A DNA stretch of 63,136 nucleotides, the filler included, from Lenisia limosa (lineage: Eukaryota; Protista; Breviatea): the NCBI GenBank assembly GCA_001655205.1. It is 13 parts of 13 records of this genome, joined end to end, with 100 filler letters (N's around TTAATTAATTAA, not from the genome) between each part and the next. Parts side by side here need not be neighbours in the genome. Positions count along the whole stretch, not along the records: positions 24,893 to 43,467 come from LPNZ01010648.1; 12 more parts are not named here. One strand, written 5' to 3'. The position numbers and the translations under genes were made by a program. This document shows positions 25,152 through 38,600 of the stretch, piece by piece. The stretch's first letter is position 1; the number at the start of each line of letters is the position of its first letter. The notes under the pieces were generated by a model. The model made no database searches, was not told the origin of the DNA, and saw only the letters and a program-made list of their open reading frames with translations.

Positions 25152-28100
25152 GTGTGTCAGTCTGCGGAAACTTTATAGTGGAGGATGGAGAGGAATGTGA
25201 CGGACATTTGTGCTGCAACTCTGACTGTACTTTTAAGGCCGCTGTGAGTGGGTATACAATTTGAAACGTATTTCAATATTGCGAAGAAAATGCGATTTCA
25301 AGATTTCATATTTGAAAATATGAGAATAAGACTCTGGATACTCATCTGTTGATGGTAAATTTATAGTGGGGTGATGTTAAATTTACAGGATGATGTTGTT
25401 ATATCAAATCAAAGTTGTACAAGTGCGAGATTTACTGCGGAAAATGTGAAGTGACTAATACTATGCCATTATGCCCGGATCTTACTTGCTGCTTAGGGTA
25501 CCGAATGTCACGATAATCTGGGTTCCTGCGTTCCCGCATCTGTCTGTGATGGAGTGTGGGTAAAGGGTGACTTGCTCATTATTTGAAGGAATATCTTTTT
25601 TCGTTTCAGGGATTCTGTCATGGAGCTCAACTCCGCCAATTGACGATTTAGTTCATCTGAATGCCCTGCCAGGGTAATTTTGGAACTAGGTGCCTCCACC
25701 ATTCAAAGCTGTCCTGCGGGCCAGGTGGGATACCTTTGGGACCTCTCTTTGCCCAAAATTAGCCTGACTATTCGATATATCTATAAAATATCATAATCTT
25801 GCCGCTCATTTTATCACATTACGCAAACTTTTTTCCAATTATTAGTACCTGTCATTCAGCTGCTGGTGCTAATGCGTTATTGAGCTTCATTTTGATATAT
25901 TGATTTCAGAAGGTTCTGTTTTTGGGAGTAGGAAAAGGCTGGCTTTAGTCCACCATGTCATATTACAAGAAACAAAAAAATAGTGGTAACCTTAATCTGT
26001 GGATAAATTGGTGTTTTAGTAATCCATACTACTGTACATTATAAATAAAAAAATAAAGGCATAGGGAGGGCTGAAGAAGCAATAGCCCGAAAGTATTCAA
26101 TAGAAAAGTTTAAAGATACCTCACGGGTTGACAGATTTTCGTAAAATTCGTGTACCCGAACTCCCTAAATGATCAGTAATAACTGATTAGGTTGGAATTT
26201 GTGATGGACTGACAATCGAAGGAGTATGCCAAACAATCCCTTCAAGTTGGCAGGGTTTTCACATCGGTCACTTCGGTTTCGTGTACCTCCTCTGACCATT
26301 CTGGACTATTCTCTTGTAGCGTATTGCTCGTTAGCATCATTGCATTCTCCAATGCTTATTACCTAGCCACTTGTGACGTTTCCATGCATTCAAATGTGAC
26401 CTTCTTCTGCCAAAATGACATTATCACACCCGGAAGCGTGAGCATGGGGGCTTGTTTTTAATTGTGGAATTCAAAATGAAACAGCTGGTGAGTATTTGTA
26501 GGACAGTTGGTAGTGTTCGCTGAAATAAGTTATTTCCTCTTCAATCAACAGGACTATAGTGATGAACACTCAATTTTAGGAGATGTTTTCAGTGTATTAC
26601 TGGGATCTGCTGTCATATAATTACATATCTGATATATACACATAATATAAATAAAAAATATTTCATTGGACTTCTATCTATTGTAAATTTAAGAATTGAC
26701 CTAATTTCTACCACGGCAGGTGTGTCTTGCTACATGCTCCAAAGAAGGCGGATGGTCCCAAACGGTCACGTGCAAAGCTGACGGATCCATTACCGTTCCG
26801 CCATGTTCTGATGAACCAAAAAGTAAGCCAAGGACTTTTATGGTAATCAGAACTTTGAGTGCCAGAAAGAAAGAAATATATTCTTCGACTTCCGTGTGGT
26901 TCGTAACCAGAATTAATTTCCCAATAAATCCTCAATACATACATATGATATCAATATTTTACGTTTTTGATGCAATTTTGCGCAACACTTGAGTAAACCT
27001 TTTAAAATCGTTACTCTAAGTAGTAGTTAGTTATATGATTATTTCAGTTACCTGTGAGCTTCCGTCTACAATACCCGGTGAGATCAGAGACTGTCCAAGC
27101 CATATCCCTGTCGGAACTGTATGTGGTACTTTTATTCATAATGGTAAACACTGGGGGTAAGGGGTTAAGGAATGGAATGGGTTGACAAGTTCAGTACAAT
27201 AATTCGAGTGTGTTGTGGGAATATTGAAAAAGCTCTGCTTTCATCCAAGATATCTCCATCCAAGATACCAGATATATTCCTGTCATTTCACCAAACAGAG
27301 TTGCTCGGCCTCTTGTGTAGAGGGATACGATGGACCCTACAAATTTGTATGGGGTGCAACTGCAAAAGAGTTGATTTGAATTTCAACAGGGAAGGATTGA
27401 GTTAACATTCCAATTAAAATTCTTTTTTGGTCCTGTTTTTGATCACGTTGCATGGTATTGACATTTACTAGTCATTATTCATTGAGAATTTTGTTCTCCT
27501 TGAGTTTTGAATCAGTTTATGAAACCAAATATTGCAAATTCCTCCAAGTCAGAATAGAAAAATGGCCTAACGATAACATGTAGAGTTTCAGCTGTCGCAC
27601 TGACGGCAGTTTGACCACCCCTATTTCCTGTACTCCATCAGGTGTGCTGCGTGTCACCTAACTCTCCATACATTCTCTTGGTGGAACCTTTGTTTGTTAT
27701 GGTATTATTATGGTATAATATAGTGAATACACAAATAGTTTGTTTAATCATCTATTGCTATGGTTTAAAATGTAACAGAGTTGTTTCTAACAGTATTAGC
27801 TGAAACGTGCACTTTACCAACATTCCCCGCCAATTCGCACTTCTCTGAATGCACCGGTTCATCTTTTGCCCTCAATAAAGTGGGAGGGACTGAGATGGAT
27901 GTTATTATATTATAACAATAATAGGTGGACAGCTTTTGTCTGATACCATTATCCATTCATTATAAGATGTATAGCTTCATACAGGTTCGAATCAAGTAGT
28001 AACCCATTTAGAAGTGCCACTATGAGTGTGATCCAGGCTACACTTATGACCACTACTTTGTCACCTCCACCACTGCTGTAAGCGATCTCTCTGATCTATG

Positions 28101-31100
28101 ACTTGATTGAAGCTTCACTTTGGATGAGAATACTATATCAGCCATCATGGCTTCACCCGCAGTTGTTATCAGCACCAAATCAAATAGTATATTTTATCAT
28201 ACCAAACGCTGTAGTAAACGAATTTATCACACGTTATGTTTTAGTACACGTACTGCACCAGTGGCAATACATGGTCTGATATTGCACCTTGCAAAGAGTC
28301 GGATTCAACCGGTGAGGGAACTGCTTATATCTATTACCCTGTGTATGATATAATTTTATGTCAAATGACAGGACCACTCAATGAAGCTTTTGATAAAGCA
28401 CATTTGAACACTGAGTAGTTTTCCACTATCAATTAATAGAGGGGAAGTTGTGGGAATTAGTAATGTTGGGGCTTATGAGATTTTGTGAAGTAACATGACC
28501 AGAGGAAGAATTGTGACCGGTTTTCTATGTACCTCGAGTTAACAGAGAGCAAAGTAGACTCTGACAAAGGAATTTTGGGCTAATAAGATGAAAATGGGGG
28601 AGTGGTGGAGTGAAAGAATTTTTATAAAGATTATTGTCTGAGAGTGGTTGCTTTGTTTGAACAGTGACAACAGAAAAATATCACAGTGAAGGTAAAAAGA
28701 AAGTTTGTTTGTGTCAATTCATCAAATGACGAAAATCCTTTATTTGCCACAACAATGTTCATCCAATAATTGATAGAATTCCGTTATTTTGGTCCAAAAC
28801 TCTACCACGATGTAACGCAATAGCCCTCTGCACTCCTCCCGTCTTCAGTGCCAATGTTGAACACACCTGTACCGGTCCTTCTTATTTACCTAATGAGGTT
28901 GGTCAAAATGTGGCTTGTCTTGCAATGGTGTTGTGTCATTATCGCAATGTTATCAGTCCTCTTTCCATGACGTTTAATATCCTGACTCGGTAGTCATGCA
29001 CCTTGTCTTGCAAACCAGGCTTTGTGAGGTCAAAAGGATCCGAGACGATCTTCTGCAACTTCGGCCAATTCACCACCCCTCTTGAATGCGAAACTTGTGG
29101 GTGGTAGGGATAATCTTCTCATTCTGTTTGAATGTGAGAAAGGGTAATACAATTGGCACCCCAATTCTTAGTAGCATATTTTACACCAAGCTACTATACA
29201 CACGCAACGACACCCTTTACCCCAGTAGCGGTCACGTGTCCTGTTCCCGCCATTGACAATTCTGTTGAGTCCCTCTGTACGGCTTCCTCCTACTCCACTG
29301 GGGAGGTATGCGGTTGTCACTATCGTTAGCATGATCTACTGTTGAAACTACATGTGCTCTAATTATGCGATTGCAATGAGATGGGGGTGATAACGACTGG
29401 TTTGGACTTGCTTTGTCGTAAAAGTTCTTATGACAGCATTTCTGGTGAATCAATATCAATATTATAATGTGAGTGTATTCCTTAACCTTACTTTCACCCC
29501 TTCCCCCAGTCATGTGAGCTGAAGTGCAAGCCAGGCTTCCGCTACTACAAAGGTACCCGTCAAATCCGCTGCGAAGCAAACGGACTGTTCAACGGAAATC
29601 TCATTTGCTTACCAAGTGGGTGTCAATGTATAATATGGATACGTATAATATGGCGCTTTTCCTATTTATTCAAATTTTTACTTATTGAAAGTTATGAAAT
29701 ATTTCCGTGAAGTGTTTGTATTTACATGAGAAAACAATGACTTGCTTTTACTTTCAAATTAGAAAGTTTTCAGTCCCTCTGACTAACCAATATATTGATC
29801 TTGTTCCAATTTGATCTTGTTCCAATTTGATCTGAGCAGCTAACACATGTTCACCACCGTCCGCTGCTAATGTCGTTAACCTTTGCACCCAAAGCGAATA
29901 CGCTGAGAATGAGGTCGGCAGACAGCAACATCCAACAATATATAATACATGTATATAATATATCATATATTTATAATACTTATATCATATTATATGCATA
30001 ATATATACAGTGACCGTGATAAATCTTGACCAATTTTCAGAAGGATAATCCGCAAAAAATTGGTGAACACTTGTCACGGCCATTGTATTAAAAGCGGTAG
30101 CTGTCTGCACCGTATTATTTTTAAGAAGAGAATAATTGATAGTTCTAAATCACAAATAACTTCTGTTTGTCTTTCCTTTTATCCCGCCAGAAATGCACGA
30201 TGTATTGCAAGTCTGGGTATAAGTTGCAATCCGGCTCATTCACTCCAAGATGCATGGTTTGCTGAGGGTGAAGTATATAGCAGGATGTCTATCTATCGTT
30301 GTACAAGTATCATAGAAACTGAACACCAGCCGGTCATGATTATTGAATCAATTCACCGTTTCATTATTGGTTATAGATATCAGTAATAGTTATGGATATT
30401 GGAGTTGTGGAAAACCATTAATTACCTTTACCATTTCAGGCTGATGGCACATTCTCAAACCGTCCAAACTGCGTTTCAGACTCTGGTGTTTGGGTTTAAA
30501 TAGTCTGGCTCTTTGTAAATATTCGTGAAAGCAAAAGATCATACCAATCCTGTTCATAGTTTTCATTGTAAGGTACAACATGTTCCCCACCGACTGACTC
30601 GGCGTTTTCGTCGACTGGATGTAACGCAGGCCCATATAATGAGGGAGATGTAAGCTGTAATACGTAAACAATGAATTATATAAGCGTAATGTATCATGAG
30701 GGAGACATCGATTGTTTTGTGTTGAAGAATCCCCCCCCCCCCNNNNNNNNNNNNNNNNNNNNNNNNNNNNNNNNNNNNNNNNNNNNNNNNNNNNNNNNNN
30801 NNNNNNNNNNNNNNNNNNNNNNNNNNNNNNNNNNNNNNNNNNNNNNNNNNNGCAGGGTACTCGGGATCCAGTACCACTGTCACGTGCCAATCATCTGGCC
30901 AATTTTCAGGCTTGCCAACATGCACTCGTAAGCAGTTGTTAAGGCAATAGTCATGTGGTATTACGAGTTGGCATGTTATACCTGAAAATATGTTACCTAT
31001 TAGATGTTGTGCATTGTATCATTTTCAGAAATTCTATCACATCAATTTAGCTAATAGAGTTGCTTCTCTGTGTATTCTCTGTTGTTTTACTCCACACAGC

Positions 31101-34100
31101 TGCAACATGCCTCCTGCCCTCTGGTGGTAAATACGACACTTCTGCATGCACAGCTCCATCATACAATGACGGAGATGTGAGCTGTTTTCAGGATTTTGAG
31201 CTCATTTTGACTATCATTGCTTCTATAGTAGTATGTACATAATATGATTATGTGATACTTCTGTAAGTCCTTAATACGCAGACCTGCACATTTGGCTGTG
31301 CGGCTGGATGGACAGGGTCCAGTTCAACTGTCACGTGCCAATCGTCTGGTAATTTTATGGGACTACCCACGTGCACCGTTGGTAAGTTGTGTTCATTATA
31401 CTTATTTACTGGTTTCTATTGGGCTCTAGTTGAGGTTGTTTGGTAATAAAACTGATTTTTTGTTTCCAACATACAGGATATCTTCTCGTAAATACAAATG
31501 GTCTTGTATGGTATGTCTCAATTGCTGGGGTAGTTACCTTTGACTTTTTTTCATCATAAAGTCTCTTCTTTACTGCCACCTCCCAGCTACACCTTGCCTC
31601 CTGCCCTCTGGTGGCAAATACGACACTTCTGCATGCACAGCTCCATCATACAATGACGGAGATGTGAGCTAAAATGAATGGTATTTTCAGGATTCTAAGC
31701 TCATTTAGACGATATATGTATAATCTACATGGTTGTAGGTATAGGTTGGTGGTTAAAACCGCGAACATGATTAAAACAGCGAACAAGCCAAAAATCGACA
31801 TAAATCGCTTCAATAACACCCTTTTTAGTGTGAAATTCGGCAGTTTTGAGTACTAGACTATCAATAACATCAAAACAAAGAAATTATGAGCAAAAAGAAG
31901 AAAAAAAAGAGGATAAAAAAATCGAAAAAGATCTTTTGATCAGAATCGAACCCGGCCGGGGTCACCCAGTTTCCTTCACGCGAAAATATTTTTTGAAACC
32001 CCCCTCTTTCAGAATAATAGCATTATGAGCCTATTAAAGTGCCCCACTATAGAAACGCAGATTTTTAAGGAGAATTCGAATCTGANNNNNNNNNNNNNNN
32101 NNNNNNNNNNNNNNNTATGAATAAAACCCTGTATAAAGGAGTGTTTCGGGCGATAATTTGCAAAAAAAAAATGCGAAAGAGGCGTAAATAAGGAGCGTAT
32201 TGACTCAAAAATTGAAAGAAAAGCNNNNNNNNNNAGAAATTTACCCTCATTTTTTGCCCAATTTGTCTCGTATTCTCTACTTAAATGCCTCTAGGTTACT
32301 CAAGGGTGGAAAATAAATCAAATCTGATGGTGCAAGAACGTCTCCACTTTATCGCAGGGACAATTCTAGGCCCATAATCAGTGTTTTTAGTGTATTTCGC
32401 ATGAAAAATTGAAGTACCATGAAGGTGGTATTTTGCATGTATGTTGATACNNNNNNNNNNNNNNNNNNNNNNNNNNNNNNNNNNNNNNNNNNNNNNNNNN
32501 NNNNNNNNNNNNNNNNNNNNNNNNNNNNNNNNNNNNNNNNNNNNNNNNNNNNNNNNNNNNNNNNNNNNNNNNNNNNNNNNNNNNNNNNNNNNNNNNNNNN
32601 NNNNNNNNNNNNNNNNNNNNNNNNNNNNNNNNNNNNNNNNNNNNNGTCATGTTCGCGGTTTTAATCATGTTCGCGGTTTTAACTATATATAATACACTGT
32701 TTTTAGCATCTCAAATAGAAGATCTTACCCCCTCAGTCCTGTACATTTGGCTGTGCGGCCGGATGGACAGGGTCCAGTTCAACTGTCACCTGCCAATCGT
32801 CTGGTAATTTCTTGGGACTACCCACGTGCACGGTCGCTGGTAAGCTGTGTTTTTTGTATTCTATTGCACTTCTATTGATTGTACTTTTATCAAAATTTTA
32901 CTTGCAGTCAGCATCCCATAAAGTTTCTTTTTGTTCAGCTCACTTGCATTCTTATTGTTTTGGAGGAAACCCATTTTTGGGTTTTCTTTGAAACAATTCA
33001 CCTCCCTCCCCCCAGCTGCAACATGCCCCTTGCCAACCGACGTCAAATACGACACTTCTGCCTGCACAGCCTCAACCTACAATGACGGAGATGTGGGATG
33101 GGTGAATGTTGTAATTTGTGAAACAATCATTGGCATCAATTCGGTGAGCAAGTCAATCTCACTCTACAGTCCTGCTCTATTTCCTGTGCAGAAGGCTATG
33201 AAACGGCATTGTCCACTGCAACGTGTCAATCCTCAAAGTCATTCACTGAACTACCAACATGCACGCCTTGTTGGTGGCGATTTACAGTCTAATTCTATAC
33301 TCGATACTGCAAACCACAGAAAACCATTATAATTCCAAGGGGCAGTATAAATGACTCTCGCGTAGTCTTTTGTTCCCGATCCTCACACCAATTTTTATAA
33401 AACTAGCCCCACACTTTCAGTGGTGTAATTATCCTCTCATATTCAGGTGTAATTATCCTTTCACACATCAGTAGCCCAATGTAGTGTCCCAAGTGCAGTG
33501 GGTGTTGACGTGTCTCAATGCAATGCTGCGACTTATTACAAAGGCGATGTATGTGGGGATGATTACTGTGGAGCTATATGGCTGATCGCATTATGTCGGC
33601 TTATTAGTGGCTTTCATTTCAAAAGTGAAGTTGGTCACATGGTCAATGTAACGGACATATATACCCCATGCATATCTCTAGAATTTAATACAAGATCTAT
33701 TTGTAGTTTATAGAACATACAGTCTTCTTTTAACATCCTTTCAACTCACACGGACAGTCTTGTTCGGTGTCATGCATGGCAAACTACACTAAGACGTCGG
33801 GATCATCCTCGATCGAATGCCAGCAAACCTCATCCTTCACTGCCCTTCCAACCTGTGTTCTTGGTATGCTCCAATCATGATTGTGTGACTTATTGGGGGT
33901 GCTTCAGAGTCGTTTTCTCACGAGTGGATAGGGTCCCATACTATTGCGTATTGGAATTTGATGGCGAAACGAATTATATCCTGTTCCCATATTTATGATA
34001 TGATGATAATAGAATAATCTGCTCTAAGAGCTACTTTGTGGGTTTTAAGTCATTTTTTGGTGAGGCTACCAAATGACACCATAGCGGACTGCATGGCCCC

Positions 34101-34865
34101 TTTAATGTCTCACGAAAACGTCGTGACGGTACAATGCCCTACTACGGCCGTGTTGGTTAATGCCACATGCACGGTCAAGTGTGAAGAAGGTTTTGAAAAG
34201 GACTCTGGTCAACCCGTGATAACCTGTACTGATGTTTGAGGGTAAATATACACCATTAATTTGTTTTCAATTAATTAAATTGTTAATTACTGGATATCAG
34301 CTTTGCTATTTTATTGCTGTACCTCTCAATCAACACTATTCCAAAATACATTTTTCTCAATTGAATCTTTTGAAAACGGAGCAACATAACATTTTCAGTC
34401 TGGGTGGAGCGCGGAGCTGCTGAAGTGCAAAAAGACCACTCCCACTCCTGATGCGGTGGTTGAAAGCAGCGACACCGGCGTAGGGAAAGTACAAACATAA
34501 AAGATTCAACCATCCCCTAATCGACAGATGGGTAGTCTGTTAGATCAATAGATCTGCGACATCATAATTGACCTGTTTAGTTGCTGATATCGGCTGTGGA
34601 CTCCGGGACTGAGAAGTTCATTTTTGCCGGGGTGGCATCTTTTGTTGTGGTGGCTGCATTGATGGTATGTGAGCCAGAAACAAACATTTGAATATTTGAT
34701 GCTTTGTGTTTAAAAATTCCAAAAACAAACCAATAAAACAGACAAGTCACATCGCTGTGGGCTCCTGCTAGTGATAATGAATATCATGTTAAATATTTAT
34801 CCTTTCATCCTCTAGTTGTGCTGCTGTGGTGGAGGGAAGAAGAAGAAAGCTGTTGCAGATCCTGG
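25152..34865 (+). CDS. Type I membrane protein: disintegrin-like domain + 12 six-Cys sushi/CCP-like modules + TM + CCC/KKKK; 5' end missing, tail may run to about 35400
   Basis: VCGNFIVEDGEECDGHLCCNSDCTFKAA / GTECHDNLGSCVPASVCDGVSSECP, then repeated exon sets such as ATCLLPSGGKYDTSACTAPSYNDGD / TCTFGCAAGWTGSSSTVTCQSSGNFMGLPTCT; TM exon 34581-34664 (FIFAGVASFVVVAALM) then LCCCGGGKKKKAVADP. Splice phases are consistent from module to module. Confidence 0.85.
31746..32691 (-). mobile_element. Family B element copy 2, inside a sushi-module intron
   Basis: Reverse complement of 1029-1847, including the doubled TTAAAACCGCGAAC inverted repeats. Confidence 0.85.
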
Positions 34866-35676
34866 GTATGTGTCTTTGTTATGAATAACCTAAAATGTTG
34901 AGGTGATGATCAGGGGTTTTTTATTTGTTCTGAAAGAAATTCAATTCTATCAATACTATTTTATTACACTGTAGGTATTTTGTGGTATCATGGATTTGTT
35001 TTTTGATAATACCAATTCCATACAATCCTATTTGAAGCAGGGAATTCACAGCATTAGAATGACCTCATTTCTCGAGTTCGACAGTTCCGCTGCCACCACA
35101 GGTCGGTTGGGGGACGGTAATAAGTAATACTAGACGAGGATTAACGAGTATCAAGCAGTTGAGCTTAATAAAAGCCTCGATGAAATCGGTTCACGCTATC
35201 GAATTCGAGTTTTTCAGTGTTAGTATTGGAATGACTTAACACGTCAATAAGAAGTTTCATAAGCTCAACACGATTTTTTATCTTCACTTCGATTTGACAG
35301 AATCTATCACCTCCTTGGAGTACACAATGCCTTTTTTAACGTTGCAGCGAATCCCACAACCGACTTTGTCTGAAGCGCAGGGTATTATTTCTATTTGTTT
35401 TTTGATAGTTTGGGAGTGTTTCTCTATTATTTTGTGGGTTAGAATTTGATAAATCGATCGGGCTTTTTCAAATGAAATAGGAATATTTCTGAAATGGGGT
35501 CCCTCTCACCACTTGAATCATTCTCTTTATCCAGAATACATCCACTCCTACTCATGAGAATCGAAGATTTGTATAGAAAAGCTCCTCTGCTTATCATAAT
35601 ACACATGCTAAACAGTGCCATAATCCAATAATCTTCGTCTTCACATCATCCGTATTCACCGATTGTTCAAAACAGT

Positions 35677-38600
35677 TTATATCACGTATTTCATAAGGTC
35701 TTGGTCAACAACTTCGTTACTCAACTCCTTGCGGATAACATCAGCTGTGATCACCACTTCCTCCTGGAATAATAAGTGAAGAATAAAAGCACATCACCAG
35801 CAATGCCTTTTAAAAAACCATTAAAAAAATCATTATGCTATAAAACGCAATAGACATCAGTATATGTTATAATGTGCGATGCATCTTGTTCATGAAATAT
35901 TGATGTCAATAAACAAAGATAGTATCAATTTAACAGCCACACACCTGAACATCTACAGCATTGAACGAAAGGTTGCTGGTGATTGTTTCCATGAGACCGT
36001 ACAGTCGCCTTGCCCCCAAGTTTTCCACGTTAGCATTCATCTGAAATGTTCAGAATAGTCTGTAGTTGACAAAATGAGCGTGGTATTTGGTACTGTCAGT
36101 GACCCACAAAGAGTTAGAGTAACAAAAAAACATTTTGAAATACACTGACAAGATGGTGAAAATGGGCAAGATGGTAACATCAGAAATAGAGGATATTACA
36201 CATTCATATCATATCATATCTATCCGAAGCTAACAACATATTGTTACTTTGGGGCTTACGGTATGTGCGGAGTGGGCGATCTGTCTCACTGCATCCTCGT
36301 CGAATGAAAGCTTCACACCCTCAGTTTGCAGAAGCGACTCCTAAGGGAAGGTAAGTCATGGGATGGGGGGGATGGATTAAAGCAGTATTTACATTGCTTA
36401 TTATGTTCAAACAGTATTTATATATTGCTGGATTATTGTTACGTTCAAAATGTGTTCTACAAGAAGTATCAAAATATAATGAAACAAATGCCAATACAAT
36501 CACCCGCACCTGTTGTGCGATAAGGTTTGTCTTCGGCTCAAGCAAAATGCGGAACAGATCATCTTCGGTCAGCGGCTGTGGAAAAAGGGTGATATAATTG
36601 TTTGGAAGCAATGTCGAAAAGAGCAGGTATTTCAAACTCTGAAAAAGAGTAAATATAGAATTTTTGTTGCCAGCACTTTTTAGCAAGTTTATGGAATGAG
36701 GGTCTTCTAAACACATACATTGAGATGGACTTTGACGGGAAGTCGGCCTTGTAATTCAGGCAAAAGATCGGACGGTGAGCAGTAGTGAAAGGCCCCGCTG
36801 CAAACAAACAAAACATGATCGGTTTTGATTTCGCCAATATCAGTGGTGACAGTTGAGCCTTCAACCAGAGGAATTAGGTCTCTCTGCACTCCTTCACTGC
36901 TGGCATCCTTGCCGTCTCTGAGATGGTTGGTTTGGTATTTAGAAATAAGAAACGACAAGATGTAGAATGCTCACCATCAGTTTTGAAGAGTGTATCAAAT
37001 AATTGCCCCATAGCACACAACCCCCAGTAGTTAACCCATACTGCATTGCTCCCTCACGAAGACTTCACTTTGGTTCGAAAAAGTCCGGTAAATATCGATA
37101 GTTTTCGCGGCAAGAAATCAACAAAACCCTAACCCATACCACCCATACCTAAATTCCGGTCTACTAGCGACTTTATCAATTTCATCAATGAACACAACTC
37201 CTAAATGAGCACAAAAACAAAACCTCTTGTCTGACACAGCTCCCTCGCATATTGATGAACTGAATCCTCTTCAACCAAAGATTCAACAAATTGAGCCTGG
37301 AATGTGAGAAGCCACTACATGAACATTGGGAATAAGAGCCTTGGCGAAATAACATCATCCACCTCTAGCACGGCCCGGGCATCTTGGATTTTCATTGTTT
37401 GTTTGCGCAGTGGTGGTGGCCCCTGCTCCTTATGCATCATGGCAAACAACACAGGAACCCCAGAAACTAATAAGTAGCAATAATAAACCTTGGGGGGCCT
37501 GTCCAGGTGTGGCTGAGAGTTTATCCCAGGGCTGCTGGAAAGAATCCGGACGGTCCTGGACTGATATTTCGACTTCAACGTTCTCTAGGTCACCCTTGAA
37601 ACGTCACATTATTTCCGAATTAAGAGTCCTGTTAATGAAACCAAGGAACTGGATCACAATAGTTGATAACGATTATTATGAAGAGCTTAAGATCAAAATA
37701 TTGTCCTGTCGCTCACCTTTAATAAAGCCTCTGACCACTTGGATTGAAGCGATGGCTCCACATCTGAAGTGACAAAAGGGCTTTTTTAATAGACAAAAAT
37801 GCACCAGTAGTAAAGAAATGCATAACATGAAGGTCGTAAATTTCATCAAATATTGATATTTGTCTTTACACGAATGAGAAAAGAGCTAAATGTGGCACGC
37901 AGGGGTTTTTCTTCTCTCGGTGGTGATGCCAGTATAAGAGATCCGACAATACTCACCATCAAAAGACTGAATCACTCCAAACACGCACGTGACCCCCCTC
38001 CTATCAACAATGTAACGTCCCAACGTTTTCCCTCCTAACTCATTGAGGAAAGAAGCTCATGCGTGACATCACCAGAAACATGGTCCTTCAATGCATCCAC
38101 AATTTCTTTCCGGGCAAGTTTCAAAGACTTATGCGCAAGGTCTCGGATTATCTGCGATATTACAGGAAGGTTAAAATAACCTTGTCATCAGGGCAATCAC
38201 AAGTCCTTACACTTTCGTATATCATTTGATTAGTATATGACATAACGATTCAACAAACAATGGAAGATGGGAAAGGTCTAATAACCAACGCTAAAGTGTA
38301 ACCACCATCACCACTAGCACCACCATCACCACCAACAACAAAGCCGGCAATCAATCACAATGAACTTACTTGATCAACATCAGCACCATGGAATCCAACT
38401 TCTGTGAATCGAGTTGCTTCGGTCTAATAGAGATCATGATAAGATAATAAACACGAAGTCAGGGAATAGTTTCACAGTATTTCCATGGGAAATAATAATT
38501 GGATATTTGGGAAGCCTCACAACGACCAATTATGTTTTAGAGCATATTGATGAAGATAGAAATAGGTCAAAGATGTTATAAGGTAACAGCGGGTATGTTT

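Noticed and set aside
34225-34245. Apparent TGA-as-Trp recoding in the last sushi module (TDV*G)
   Set aside because: A donor at GAT|gtttgag joins to SGWSAELLKC at 34399 and removes the stop; TGG is used for Trp throughout.
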